From Kofleriaceae bacterium (GTDB taxonomy: Bacteria > Myxococcota_A > Polyangia > Haliangiales > Haliangiaceae), in the NCBI GenBank assembly GCA_046597055.1, contig JBKJLC010000179.1:1-35683 (forward strand): a stretch of 35,683 bases of DNA. Direction: 5' to 3'. Below the pieces are notes generated by a model. The model worked only from the letters and a program-made list of their open reading frames with translations, was not told the DNA's origin and searched no databases. Positions 1 to 8,416 of the stretch are shown here, piece by piece. The position numbers and the translations under genes were made by a program. Positions within the stretch are counted from its first letter, which is position 1. Every line of letters starts with the position of its first letter.

Positions 1-240
1 CCTAGTCCCTCTGGATGCCTTGCAGCGATCCAGCGAATCAGGGTTCCACTAAGTATCAAAGACTCTTCCGTCGCTCGCGCGATTGAAGAATCCATCGCCA
101 CCTCATCCGTGCTCGTATCCACCCTTGCGGGTGCTGCGAGCCGGTGGGCAGCTAAAACCCAACGCTTGCTTCCACTATTCAGTTTTCAGAGACCGAGCTC
201 CTCGTCGGCGGCCCGTTTCGCGGGGTTCGTCGTCGAGGGA
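1..240 (-). other. Probable rRNA operon 5' leader; the rRNA gene itself would lie beyond the left edge
   Basis: Lower GC and no credible ORF. The minus strand has CGGTCTCTGAAAACTGAATAG (175-195), a boxA-like/processing-stalk sequence typical of rrn leaders, downstream of a strong promoter. The 16S 5' signature AGAGTTTGATC is not in the window. Confidence 0.72.
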
Positions 241-245
241 TGCTG

Positions 246-300
246 CTTATACAGCCCGACCCCTCCCGCGTCAACCGCATCGACATTTCTTTTTTCTTTC
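246..300 (-). promoter_or_regulatory. sigma70-type promoter with UP-element-like tract (rrn-like)
   Basis: Minus strand TTGACG (274-269), 17 nt spacer, TATAAG (251-246). Upstream A-rich tract GAAAGAAAAAAGAAAT (300-285) is very unusual in this GC-rich DNA. Confidence 0.8.
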
Positions 301-386
301 GACCGCCAATGGTCGTAAGTGACTTGAATCAAAGAACATGCGGCGGTGCTGGACGGCCTGACCGTGCGCGCCTACGCTCCGCATCA

Positions 387-1742
387 ATGCTCGAACGCAT
401 CGGCAACTGCCGCATCGTCGAGGAGGTCGCGTCGGGGGGCATGGCGGTCGTTTACCGTGCCATCCAGGACTCCCTTGGCCGAACGGTAGCCATCAAGGCG
501 CTCAAGTCGACGGCTGCCGTCGAGGAGCACATCGCGACGCGCTTCGAGCGCGAGGCCAAGAGTCTCGCTAACTTGCAGCACGAAAACATCATCAGCGTCT
601 ACGACTTCTACCGGGAGCACGGTTCGTTCTTCATCGTGATGGAGTACGTGGCCGGCATCGACCTGTACGACCTGCTCGACAAGTGCGGCCGCCTCCCGTT
701 CGACGTCGCGGCGATCGTCGGCCTCCAGGTCGCCCGGGCGCTCGACTACATCCACTACCGGGGGATCGTGCACCGGGACATCAAGCCGGCCAACATCATG
801 ATCGCGCGCCAAGGTGGCGTGAAGTTGATGGATTTCGGGATTGCCCGCGACAAGAGCTTCGAGGATCTCACCGAGGTGGGCACCGGGATCGGCACCCCCG
901 CGTACATGTCACCCGAGCAGATCCTGGGCGATCGCATCGACGCCCGGAGCGATCTCTTCTCGCTCGGGGTGGTGCTCTACCAGATGCTCACCGGCGGCAA
1001 GCCGTTCGTGGAGGACGAGCAGCGCTCCGTGATGCACAAGATCCGGCTCGAGCGGCACGTCAAGGTGCGCAAGCTCAACCCCGACATCCCGCGCGAGCTC
1101 GAGCGCATCGTCGATCGGTGCCTGGGCAAGCAGCCGCGCGACCGCTGGCGGTCGGCGCAGCACATGGTGATGGCGCTCGAGCGCTTCCTCGCCCGCTACG
1201 TCGAGATCAACTACCACGCGCGGCTGGTGGTGTTCCTGCGCAACCAGAACGTGATCACCCAGCTCGAGGCCGACGAGTACGTCAGCCCGACCGTGGGCAT
1301 GCCCGGCCACAGCGCGCAGGGGCAACCGAACATCACGGCGCGCCTGGTGGTGCGCCGCGCCGCGATGGTGCACGGGGTGATCCTGGGCGTGCTGGTGCTC
1401 ATGCTCGGGCTCATTCACGTGGCGCCGCTCGGCGAGGCGGCGCCGGCGCTCGCCGGCGAGCCCCAGGTGCGGCACGGCTACGTCCGCATCGACGCCTATC
1501 CCTGGGCGGAGGTCACCATCGATGGCAAGCCGGTGGGCCCGACGCCGCTGGTCGCGCCGGTCCGGCTGCCCGAGGGACCGCACCAGATCCGACTCGAGCA
1601 CGCCTGGTACCAGCCGATCGAACAGGCGATCGAGATCGAGCCGGGGACGGTCGAGGGCGCGGCGGCGGTGTCGGTCGACTTCGAAACCCGCGGCACGCTC
1701 AAGCCCGGCAAGGCGCGTCCCGCCGACGAGGAGCTGCCGTGA
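387..1742 (+). CDS. Transmembrane Ser/Thr protein kinase with C-terminal PEGA-like domain
   Basis: VASGGMAVV, VAIK, HRDIKPAN, DFG, GTPAYMSPE; TM helix GVILGVLVLMLGLIHV; YPWAEVTIDGKPVGPTP PEGA-like segment. Start placed at ATG 387 (MLERIG), preceded by TACGCT. Confidence 0.93.
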   Translation: MLERIGNCRIVEEVASGGMAVVYRAIQDSLGRTVAIKALKSTAAVEEHIATRFEREAKSLANLQHENIISVYDFYREHGSFFIVMEYVAGIDLYDLLDKCGRLPFDVAAIVGLQVARALDYIHYRGIVHRDIKPANIMIARQGGVKLMDFGIARDKSFEDLTEVGTGIGTPAYMSPEQILGDRIDARSDLFSLGVVLYQMLTGGKPFVEDEQRSVMHKIRLERHVKVRKLNPDIPRELERIVDRCLGKQPRDRWRSAQHMVMALERFLARYVEINYHARLVVFLRNQNVITQLEADEYVSPTVGMPGHSAQGQPNITARLVVRRAAMVHGVILGVLVLMLGLIHVAPLGEAAPALAGEPQVRHGYVRIDAYPWAEVTIDGKPVGPTPLVAPVRLPEGPHQIRLEHAWYQPIEQAIEIEPGTVEGAAAVSVDFETRGTLKPGKARPADEELP

Positions 1743-2659
1743 GACCGAACCTGATCGCGCGCGTGGTCGCGACCCTGGCGCTGACGGTCGGGCTCGGCGG
1801 CGTCGCGCGCGCCGAGCGAGACCACCTCGTCCACAAGGTCCAGAAGGGCGACACCCTGGGGCTGCTGGCCGCCGAGTACTACGGCGACCGCGACCAGGCG
1901 GTGTTCATCATGGACGCCAACAAGATCAAGCACGGGCGCGAGCTCGCGCCCGGCGAGAAGCTGCGCATCCCGCTGTCGCGCGAGGTGACGACCAAGGTCG
2001 GCGACACGTTCGAGGAGCTCGCGCGGACCCACCTCGGCGACGCGCGGCGCGGCCGGGTGCTCGCCGAGTTCAACCGGATGGCGGCCGACGAGACGCTCGG
2101 CGCCGGGCGGGTCGTGGTGATCCCGTTCCACGCGATCCACACCGCGGCGGCCGAGGAGAGCCTGGCCAGCATCGCGGCCGCGCGGTTCGGCGACAGCAAG
2201 AACGCGGCGCTGCTGCGCGGCTACAACTTCCTCGAGCGCGACTCGATCCGCGCCGGCGAGTCGATCATCATCCCGATCATCGACCTCAAGGTGCGGTCGT
2301 CGGCGCTGCCGCCACCGGACGCCGAGTCGGCGGGCCGCAAGGAGAAGCGCGAGAAGGTCGCCAAGGATGCCGCGGTGGCCCTCGCCCGCGCGCACGGCGC
2401 GTGGCGCAGCGCCGATTACGCCGAGGTCAAGCGCGCGCTGATCGACCTCGATCTCGACTTCCTCGACACCGACCAGGCGGTGAAGGTCGGGACCCGGCTG
2501 GGCGCGGCCTACGTCGCGCTGGGCGACACCGACTCGGCGATGTCGACGTTCCGCCGGGTGCTGGAGCGGCGGGCCGCCTCGACGATGAGCCCGTACCAGT
2601 TCTCGCCGAGGATCCTGGCGGTGTGGCGCAAGGCCGGCGGGGCGGTCGAGGGCGGATGA
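1739..2659 (+). CDS. Secreted protein with three LysM-like repeats and a C-terminal TPR-like region
   Basis: GTG overlaps the kinase stop (GTGA). Signal peptide ends VARA. Repeats HKVQKGDTLGLLAAEYYG..LRIP, TKVGDTFEELARTHLG..VVIP and AAEESLASIAAARFG..IIIP. TPR-like LGAAYVALGDTDSAMSTFRRVL. Confidence 0.85.
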   Translation: MRPNLIARVVATLALTVGLGGVARAERDHLVHKVQKGDTLGLLAAEYYGDRDQAVFIMDANKIKHGRELAPGEKLRIPLSREVTTKVGDTFEELARTHLGDARRGRVLAEFNRMAADETLGAGRVVVIPFHAIHTAAAEESLASIAAARFGDSKNAALLRGYNFLERDSIRAGESIIIPIIDLKVRSSALPPPDAESAGRKEKREKVAKDAAVALARAHGAWRSADYAEVKRALIDLDLDFLDTDQAVKVGTRLGAAYVALGDTDSAMSTFRRVLERRAASTMSPYQFSPRILAVWRKAGGAVEGG

Positions 2660-3657
2660 TCCGGGCCGCGCTGGCCGCGGTCGCCGCCGGGGCCGTGGCG
2701 TGCGGCAGCTCGAGCGAGCCGGCCCCGGCTGGCGTCGGCAACCCAGCGGCAACCGCGCTGGCGGCGACCTTCGAAGCAGCCGAGGCGCTGCGCGCGCCGT
2801 GGCGGTGCGCGCTGGGCCCGGCGCCCGGCGTGCCCGGGGCGACCGGCACGGTCGAGGTCGGCGCCCGCAGCTGGCGCTACGACGGCGAGACGCTGACCGC
2901 CAGCCGCGCGGACGCCGAGGTCACGATCGCGGCGGTCGCGCAGGCGCGCGGCGCGGCGCCACCGGTGCGCGAGCTGCTGCGGGCCGGCCACGCCGAGGTG
3001 GTGATCGCGATCGGCGGGATGGGCACCAATCCGGCGGAGCTGCGCGCCAGCCTGGGCGGCCTGGTGGATCCGGGGTGGCTGACGATCGCGGTGCCCGGCG
3101 ACAGCGAGGACTTGCCGGCGCTGGCCGCGACCGTCGCCGAGCTGGCGACCGCGGGCGCGCCGATCGTCGACGGGGCGCGCGTGCGGTTGATCGACGCCGG
3201 CGGCGCGGTGGTCGCGCTGGTGCCGGGCGAGCGGCACGCCGGCCGGCTGGCGGCCGGGTCCGACGGTTGCGTCCACGACGAGGTGGATCGGGCCCGGATC
3301 CTGGGGCTCCTGACCGCGACTGCCGGGGACCGGCCGCGGGTGCTGGTGGCCACCGCGGCGCCCCAGGGCGGCGCCAGTGACCTCGCGCCGGGCGGGATCC
3401 ACGCGGGGGATCCCGAGCTGGCGGCGATGGTCGAGGCCGCGGCGATCGACGTGGTGCTGCACGCGCCGGTCGACGCCGAGGTGCCGGCCCCGGGACGAGG
3501 CCGCCCCGGCCAGCGGCTCGTGCTCGCCGCCGGGTCGCTCGATCCGGTGCCGCGCTGGGAGCCCGCCGGGGGCCGACGCCGGGCCGATGGCATCACGTTC
3601 GTGACGGTCGGCGCGCGCGCGCGCAGCTGGCGCTTCGTGCCGGTCGCCCTGCCCTGA
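2656..3657 (+). CDS. Lipoprotein with degenerate calcineurin-like metallophosphoesterase fold
   Basis: ATGA overlap with the LysM gene; lipobox-like AVAC. Motif order TIAAVAQ / VVIAIGG / IAVPGDSE / VLVATAAP / HAGDPEL / DVVLHAP parallels metallophosphoesterase motifs, but the metal ligands are substituted. Confidence 0.65.
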   Translation: MIRAALAAVAAGAVACGSSSEPAPAGVGNPAATALAATFEAAEALRAPWRCALGPAPGVPGATGTVEVGARSWRYDGETLTASRADAEVTIAAVAQARGAAPPVRELLRAGHAEVVIAIGGMGTNPAELRASLGGLVDPGWLTIAVPGDSEDLPALAATVAELATAGAPIVDGARVRLIDAGGAVVALVPGERHAGRLAAGSDGCVHDEVDRARILGLLTATAGDRPRVLVATAAPQGGASDLAPGGIHAGDPELAAMVEAAAIDVVLHAPVDAEVPAPGRGRPGQRLVLAAGSLDPVPRWEPAGGRRRADGITFVTVGARARSWRFVPVALP

Positions 3658-3904
3658 CTCGCGGGCCGCGGGCCGCCATGGCGAGGGAGCCCGGCGGCCG
3701 GTTGCGCCGACGGCGCGGCACCACAACCGCGTCGGTGGCGGTCGCGACGGTCCGGTGCCGCCGGCCCTGGCGGGTTCACCGGCCGGCACGTCCGAAGCTG
3801 ATCGACAACGGCCGACGACGGCGCGGCGGGGAAGCGAGCGCGACACCGCCTCCGTCACCGCGCCGAGGCGCGCGCCGCGCGCGGCGGTGGTAGGGTTCGC
3901 GCGC

Positions 3905-5914
3905 GTGTCGACGCCGGCGCCTCGTCACTTCTGTCCGCGCTGCCGCACCGGCTACACCGAGGCGCAGCGGTTCTGCTCCGAGTGCGGCGCCGACATGCTG
4001 CGCGCGTCGGCGATCGACCTGGCGGCGGTGCGGGACAGCGACCCGGGCGAGACCTCGGTCGGGGTCGCGCCGGCGCGACCCGATCGCCGGTTGTCGGCGT
4101 CGAACCAGGCCTGGCTCGGCAAGATCGTCGACGGGCGCTACCGCGTCATCGAGGTGATCGGCCGCGGCGGCATGGGCATGGTCTACAAGGTCGAGCACAC
4201 GCGGATGGGCAAGATCGCCGCGATGAAGGTGCTGCACCGGGACCTCGCCGACGATCCCGAGGTCGAGCACCGATTCGAGCGCGAGGCCGCCGCGGTGTCG
4301 CGGCTGCACCACCCCAACACCGTCCAGGTCTTCGACTTCGGATCGGCCCAGGGCGCGCTCTACCTCGTGATGGAGTACGTGCGCGGTCAGGACCTCGCCC
4401 ACGTGCTCGACCGCGACGGGCCGCTGCCGTTCGCGCGGGCGGCGCCGCTGCTGGTGCAGATCCTCGGCGCGCTGGCCGAGGCTCACGAGCTCGGCATCGT
4501 CCACCGCGATCTCAAGCCCGAGAACGTGCTCATCACGCGCACGATGGGCGGTCGCGACTTCGCCAAGGTGCTCGACTTCGGGCTGGCCAAGGTGATCGAG
4601 CCCGGCCGCGCGCCCGACGTGAGCGACCGGTCCCAGATCGTGGGCACGCCGTACTTCATGGCGCCCGAGCAGATCCGCGGCGACGACGTCGACGCGCGCA
4701 CCGACCTGTACGCGATGGGCGCGCTGACCTACAAGCTGCTGACCGGCACGTACCCGTACGACGCGAAGACCGCGGTCGGGGTCCTGACCAAGCACCTGAC
4801 CGCCGAGCTGGAGCCGCCGTCGAAGCGGGCGCCGTCGCAGCGGCTCGAGCCCGGGGTCGACGAGATCGTCGAGATCGCGCTGGCCAAGGATCCGGCCCAG
4901 CGGTGGGCGAGCGCGGCGGCGATGGCGGCGGCGATCGAGGGCACCTACGCCGAGCTGGTCGGCGACCGGCTGCTGGGGCCCTCGAAGAACAGCAGCTCGG
5001 CCCGGCGCCGGCAGGCCACCGAAGACGACGAGCCGCTGTCGGACCTGCGGCTGCGCCGCTCGGACCTCAACGAGTACGAGCGATCGCTGAAGCGGCAGCG
5101 CGTGATGGTGACGGTGTGCGGCGGCGTGGTCGTGGCCGGCCTGGCCGCGGCGGTCGCTTGGTGGACGCTGCTGCGTCAGCCGGCGCCCCACCGGCACGAG
5201 GTCGAGCCCAACGACACGGTGGTGACCGCGACCCGGATCGCGCCAGGCACCCGGGTCACCGGCTATCTCGGCAGGCGGCGGTCGAAGACCGACGGCGACG
5301 TCGACCGGTACCGGATCGCCCTGCCCGGCCTGACGCCGATCGCCACGGTGCGAGTGACCGCGCTGCCGAACATCGACCTGGTGCTGACCGTGCGCGACGG
5401 CGCCGGTCGGCTGATCGCGTCGGCCGACGAGGAGGTCGCCGGCGCCGGCGAGGTCGCGCACCGCCGCCGCGCAGCCCGCGATCTGGTCATCGAGATCGGC
5501 CAGGCGACGCCCGGGCTCCTGCCGGTCGAGAACGTGTCCGATCCGTACACGCTCGAGGTCGTGAACGAGGCGCCCGACCCGAGCTGGGAGAGCGAGCCCA
5601 ACGCCGAGCCCAGCGACGCGACGCCGATCGCGCCGGGGGTGGCGGTGCGCGGCTACCTCGACGCGCGCAACGATGTCGACAGCCTGCGCTGGGATGGTGG
5701 CGACGGCGAGGTGCTGATCGACGTGGTGATGCCGGCCGAGCAGGCGCTCGAGTGGCGGGGGCCCGACCAGCGGCCGCACCCGCCGTCGCGGGTGACGATG
5801 CCGCTGCGGCGCGGGGACACCCTGCGCCTGCGCCGCACCGACCCCAAGGCCCCCAAGGGGCCGCTGGGGGGCAGCGAGGCGGTGTGGACGGTGACGATCA
5901 CGCCCGTGCGGTGA
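3905..5914 (+). CDS. Ser/Thr protein kinase with N-terminal zinc ribbon, TM helix and two extracellular E-x-EPN (PPC-like) repeats
   Basis: CPRC..CSEC; IGRGGMGMV, AAMK, HRDLKPEN, DFG, GTPYFMAPE; TM VMVTVCGGVVVAGLAAAVAWW; repeats EVEPND..AT.IAPG..V.GYL..D.D and ESEPNA..ATPIAPG.AVRGYL..DVD. Start GTG 3905 chosen from the TGnTAGGGT box. Confidence 0.92.
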   Translation: MSTPAPRHFCPRCRTGYTEAQRFCSECGADMLRASAIDLAAVRDSDPGETSVGVAPARPDRRLSASNQAWLGKIVDGRYRVIEVIGRGGMGMVYKVEHTRMGKIAAMKVLHRDLADDPEVEHRFEREAAAVSRLHHPNTVQVFDFGSAQGALYLVMEYVRGQDLAHVLDRDGPLPFARAAPLLVQILGALAEAHELGIVHRDLKPENVLITRTMGGRDFAKVLDFGLAKVIEPGRAPDVSDRSQIVGTPYFMAPEQIRGDDVDARTDLYAMGALTYKLLTGTYPYDAKTAVGVLTKHLTAELEPPSKRAPSQRLEPGVDEIVEIALAKDPAQRWASAAAMAAAIEGTYAELVGDRLLGPSKNSSSARRRQATEDDEPLSDLRLRRSDLNEYERSLKRQRVMVTVCGGVVVAGLAAAVAWWTLLRQPAPHRHEVEPNDTVVTATRIAPGTRVTGYLGRRRSKTDGDVDRYRIALPGLTPIATVRVTALPNIDLVLTVRDGAGRLIASADEEVAGAGEVAHRRRAARDLVIEIGQATPGLLPVENVSDPYTLEVVNEAPDPSWESEPNAEPSDATPIAPGVAVRGYLDARNDVDSLRWDGGDGEVLIDVVMPAEQALEWRGPDQRPHPPSRVTMPLRRGDTLRLRRTDPKAPKGPLGGSEAVWTVTITPVR

Positions 5915-5917
5915 CGG

Positions 5918-6217
5918 TCATCGCTTGCGCGTGCCCACGCGCCGCGGCGGCTTGGGCCCCGGGTCGGGCCGCTCGGCGCGCTCGGGCCGCTCCGGTCGCT
6001 CGGCCCGGTCAGCCGGGTCAGGCCGGTCGGCACGCTCGGCACGCTCGGGGTCGCGGACGAACCACACGAACGCCATCACCGGTCGGCGAGAGGCCTCGCT
6101 GGTCACGAACTGGGCGCGCTCGAAGCTCCAGCCGTCGACCACCCACTGGTTGACGGTCTGCTCGAGCGTCTCGTCGGTGACGACCGTCAGCTCGACACAC
6201 TTGTAGATCAGCGCCAC
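5918..6217 (-). CDS. DUF4177-like small protein with low-complexity ER/P tail
   Basis: YKCVEL..LEQTVNQWVVDGWSF..AFVWFVR pattern, then PERAER-like repeats. High GC3; TGnTAGGGT lies 6 nt before the GTG. Confidence 0.75.
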   Translation of the reverse strand: MALIYKCVELTVVTDETLEQTVNQWVVDGWSFERAQFVTSEASRRPVMAFVWFVRDPERAERADRPDPADRAERPERPERAERPDPGPKPPRRVGTRKR

Positions 6218-6337
6218 GGCGCGACCCTACCACCGGCGCGGCCGGGCAGGCCCCCGGACGGGGCCAGGTGCGGGCGGGGCGCCAAGCAGGCGAGGCCCGC
6301 CCCCGCGGCGAGGCTAGCGCACCGGCATTGTCACTCG

Positions 6338-7312
6338 CTAGCGGGCGAGCAACTTGGCGGCATGGAGGGCGTGATACGTGAGGATCATGTCGGCCCCGGC
6401 GCGGCGCATGCCGGTCAGGGTCTCGATCACGACGCGGTCGCGCTCGATCCAGCCGCGCTCGGCGGCCGCCTCGATCATCGCGTACTCGCCGCTGGTGTTG
6501 TAACAGGCGATCGGCAGGTTCACCTCGTCGGCGACGACGCGGATGATGTCGAGGTAGGCGAGCGCCGGCTTGATCATGACGATGTCGGCGCCCTCGGCGA
6601 CGTCCATCGTGACCTCGCGCACCGCCTCGGCGGCGTTGCACGGGTCCATCTGGTAGCCGCGGCGATCGCCGTGCTGGGGCGCGCTGTCGACCGCCTCGCG
6701 GAACGGACCGTAGTAGCCCGAGGCGTACTTGGCCGAGTAGGCCATGATCGCGGTCTGCTCGAAGCTCTCTTCGTCGAGCGACTCGCGGCAGGCGGTGACG
6801 AAGCCGTCGAGCATGCCCGACGGCGCGACCACGTCGACGCCGGCGCGGGCATACGAGACCACCGTGCGCGCCAGGTTCTCGAGCGAGGCGTCGTTGTCGA
6901 GCTTGCCGTCGGCGACGACGCCACAGTGGCCGTGGTCGGTGTACTCGCAGAAGCAGGTGTCGGCGATCACGGTGAGGTCGGGCAGGCGCTTCTTGATCGC
7001 CTTGATCGCCTTCTGGATGACGCCGTTGGGATGCCAGGCCTCGGAGCCGACCGCGTCCTTCTTCTCGGGGATGCCGAACAGGATCACGCCGGGGATGCCG
7101 AGGTCGGCCGCGCGCGCGGCCTGGTCGACCGCCTTGTCGACCGACCACACCGACTGGCCGGGCATGGCGGTGATCGGCCGCTCGACGCTGGTGCCGGGGC
7201 AGACGAACATCGGATAGATCAGGTCGTCAATGCCGAGGCGGGTCTCGCGGACCAGCCGGCGCAGCGTCTCGGTGCGTCGCATGCGACGGGCGCGATAGTC
7301 AGGAAAGTTCAT
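6338..7312 (-). CDS. hemB: Porphobilinogen synthase (delta-aminolevulinate dehydratase), Zn-binding type
   Basis: RARRMRR N-terminus, DTCFCEYTDHGHCG Cys-rich Zn site, VVAPSGMLDG, YSAKYAS.YYGPFREA, YQMDP, EGADIVMIKP, SGEYAMI, RAGADMILTY. SD GAGGA before ATG 7312. Confidence 0.97.
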   Translation of the reverse strand: MNFPDYRARRMRRTETLRRLVRETRLGIDDLIYPMFVCPGTSVERPITAMPGQSVWSVDKAVDQAARAADLGIPGVILFGIPEKKDAVGSEAWHPNGVIQKAIKAIKKRLPDLTVIADTCFCEYTDHGHCGVVADGKLDNDASLENLARTVVSYARAGVDVVAPSGMLDGFVTACRESLDEESFEQTAIMAYSAKYASGYYGPFREAVDSAPQHGDRRGYQMDPCNAAEAVREVTMDVAEGADIVMIKPALAYLDIIRVVADEVNLPIACYNTSGEYAMIEAAAERGWIERDRVVIETLTGMRRAGADMILTYHALHAAKLLAR

Positions 7313-7395
7313 GCGGTCCTCGCTGGCAACGCTCGAGACCCCTGCGTCGGGCGACTGCGCCGGATCGCATGAGGCTTCGCGATGCGGGGTGAGCG

Positions 7396-8151
7396 CTACG
7401 GATACACCGTCCCGAACGCCTTGGCCATGGCGTCCGGTGTCGGGGCGGCTGCGACCGCAGCCAGGGCGACGCCGCGCATGCGCAGGGCGTCGGCGGTCGT
7501 CGGGCCGATCGCGAGCACGCGGGTCGACGCGAGCACCGCGAGCCCGCCGTGGGCGACGAGGAGGTCGGCGAGCGCGGCGACCTGCGAGGGCGCGAAGATC
7601 AGGCACGCGGCGGCGCGGCCTGCGGTGAGCGCGGCCAGGCCGGCGGCGAGCGCGGGATCGTCGGCCGCGAGCGCGACGGTGCCGTACGCGTCGATCGCGT
7701 CGACGATGGCGCCGGCGGCGCGCAACAGCGCGAGCGGGGCGTCACGACCGCCGGTGGCGCGCGGCGCGAGCAGGTGGTGACCGGCGACGCCACGGGCCAC
7801 CAGCGCGGCGGCCGCGGCCTCGCCGGTGTCGCCGAGCGACTCGGCGACGAAGCCGGCCGCGACCAGCGCGGCGGTGGTCGCGGGGCCGACCGCGGCAACC
7901 GGCGGCGCGGCGCCCGGCGCGCGACCGGCGGCGGCCAGGGCGGCCCGCAGCGGCGGGACCGCGTGGCGACTGGCAACGAACAGCCGGTGATAGCGGTCGA
8001 GCCCGCGGGCGGCGGCGGCGAGGCGGTCGGCGTCGGCGGGGGCCGCGGCGACGACCGCCGTGACCGGCAGGTACACCGGGTGGACCCGCGCACCGAGCGC
8101 GCGTGCGAACGGCTGGCCGTCGACCGCGTCGCGGGTGAGGACGACCTGCAC
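7396..8151 (-). CDS. hemD: Uroporphyrinogen-III synthase
   Basis: VVLTR, FVASRHAV, VAAVGPATTAAL, PRA..GR, IDAYGT, IFAPSQV, LAIGPTTADAL; directly upstream of hemB. Confidence 0.88.
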   Translation of the reverse strand: MQVVLTRDAVDGQPFARALGARVHPVYLPVTAVVAAAPADADRLAAAARGLDRYHRLFVASRHAVPPLRAALAAAGRAPGAAPPVAAVGPATTAALVAAGFVAESLGDTGEAAAAALVARGVAGHHLLAPRATGGRDAPLALLRAAGAIVDAIDAYGTVALAADDPALAAGLAALTAGRAAACLIFAPSQVAALADLLVAHGGLAVLASTRVLAIGPTTADALRMRGVALAAVAAAPTPDAMAKAFGTVYP

Positions 8152-8251
8152 GGGCTCACGCTAGCAGACGCGGTGGGTTGCGAACGATGGCAGTGCGGCG
8201 CGGGCGAAGCGTGCGGGCGCGGCGACCCGCGGCCCCCGCCGCGCGCGGGAC

Positions 8252-8280
8252 GGACCGTCAGGACCGCCAGGACCGTCAGG
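8252..8280. repeat. Three direct 9-bp repeats GGACCGYCA in the divergent intergenic region
   Basis: ggaccgtca ggaccgcca ggaccgtca gg read directly. A 12-bp palindrome GGTCTCGAGACC follows at 8298-8309. Confidence 0.85.
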
Positions 8281-8387
8281 GCCGGCTGGGGCGGTGGGGT
8301 CTCGAGACCGGTTGCCACTGGCGGGTGGAGACGCCAGGGAGGGGCCAGGATCGCTACGTGAGTCTGCTTACTTGCATCACCAAGGGT

Positions 8388-8404
8388 CCGGCCCACATCT
8401 TGCG
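8388..8404 (+). promoter_or_regulatory. Candidate sigma54 (-24/-12) promoter
   Basis: CCGGCCCACATCTTGCG: GG (8390-8391), N10, GC (8402-8403) with TTGC. GTG start is 14 nt after the -12 C. Confidence 0.45.
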
Positions 8405-8416
8405 TACTTGGGGTAC

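Noticed and set aside
1..322. rRNA gene or short ORFs (83-322, 109-318) at the left edge
   Set aside because: No mature rRNA signature is present. The ORFs lack codon bias and overlap the promoter/leader.
683..1738. Long N-terminal extensions in the ORF track (also 1522, 9494, 15267, 16853, 25620, 30339, 32436 starts) suggesting fusions or overlapping genes
   Set aside because: The extensions overlap neighbouring genes in other frames. True starts are marked by stop/start overlaps, signal peptides or -10 boxes.
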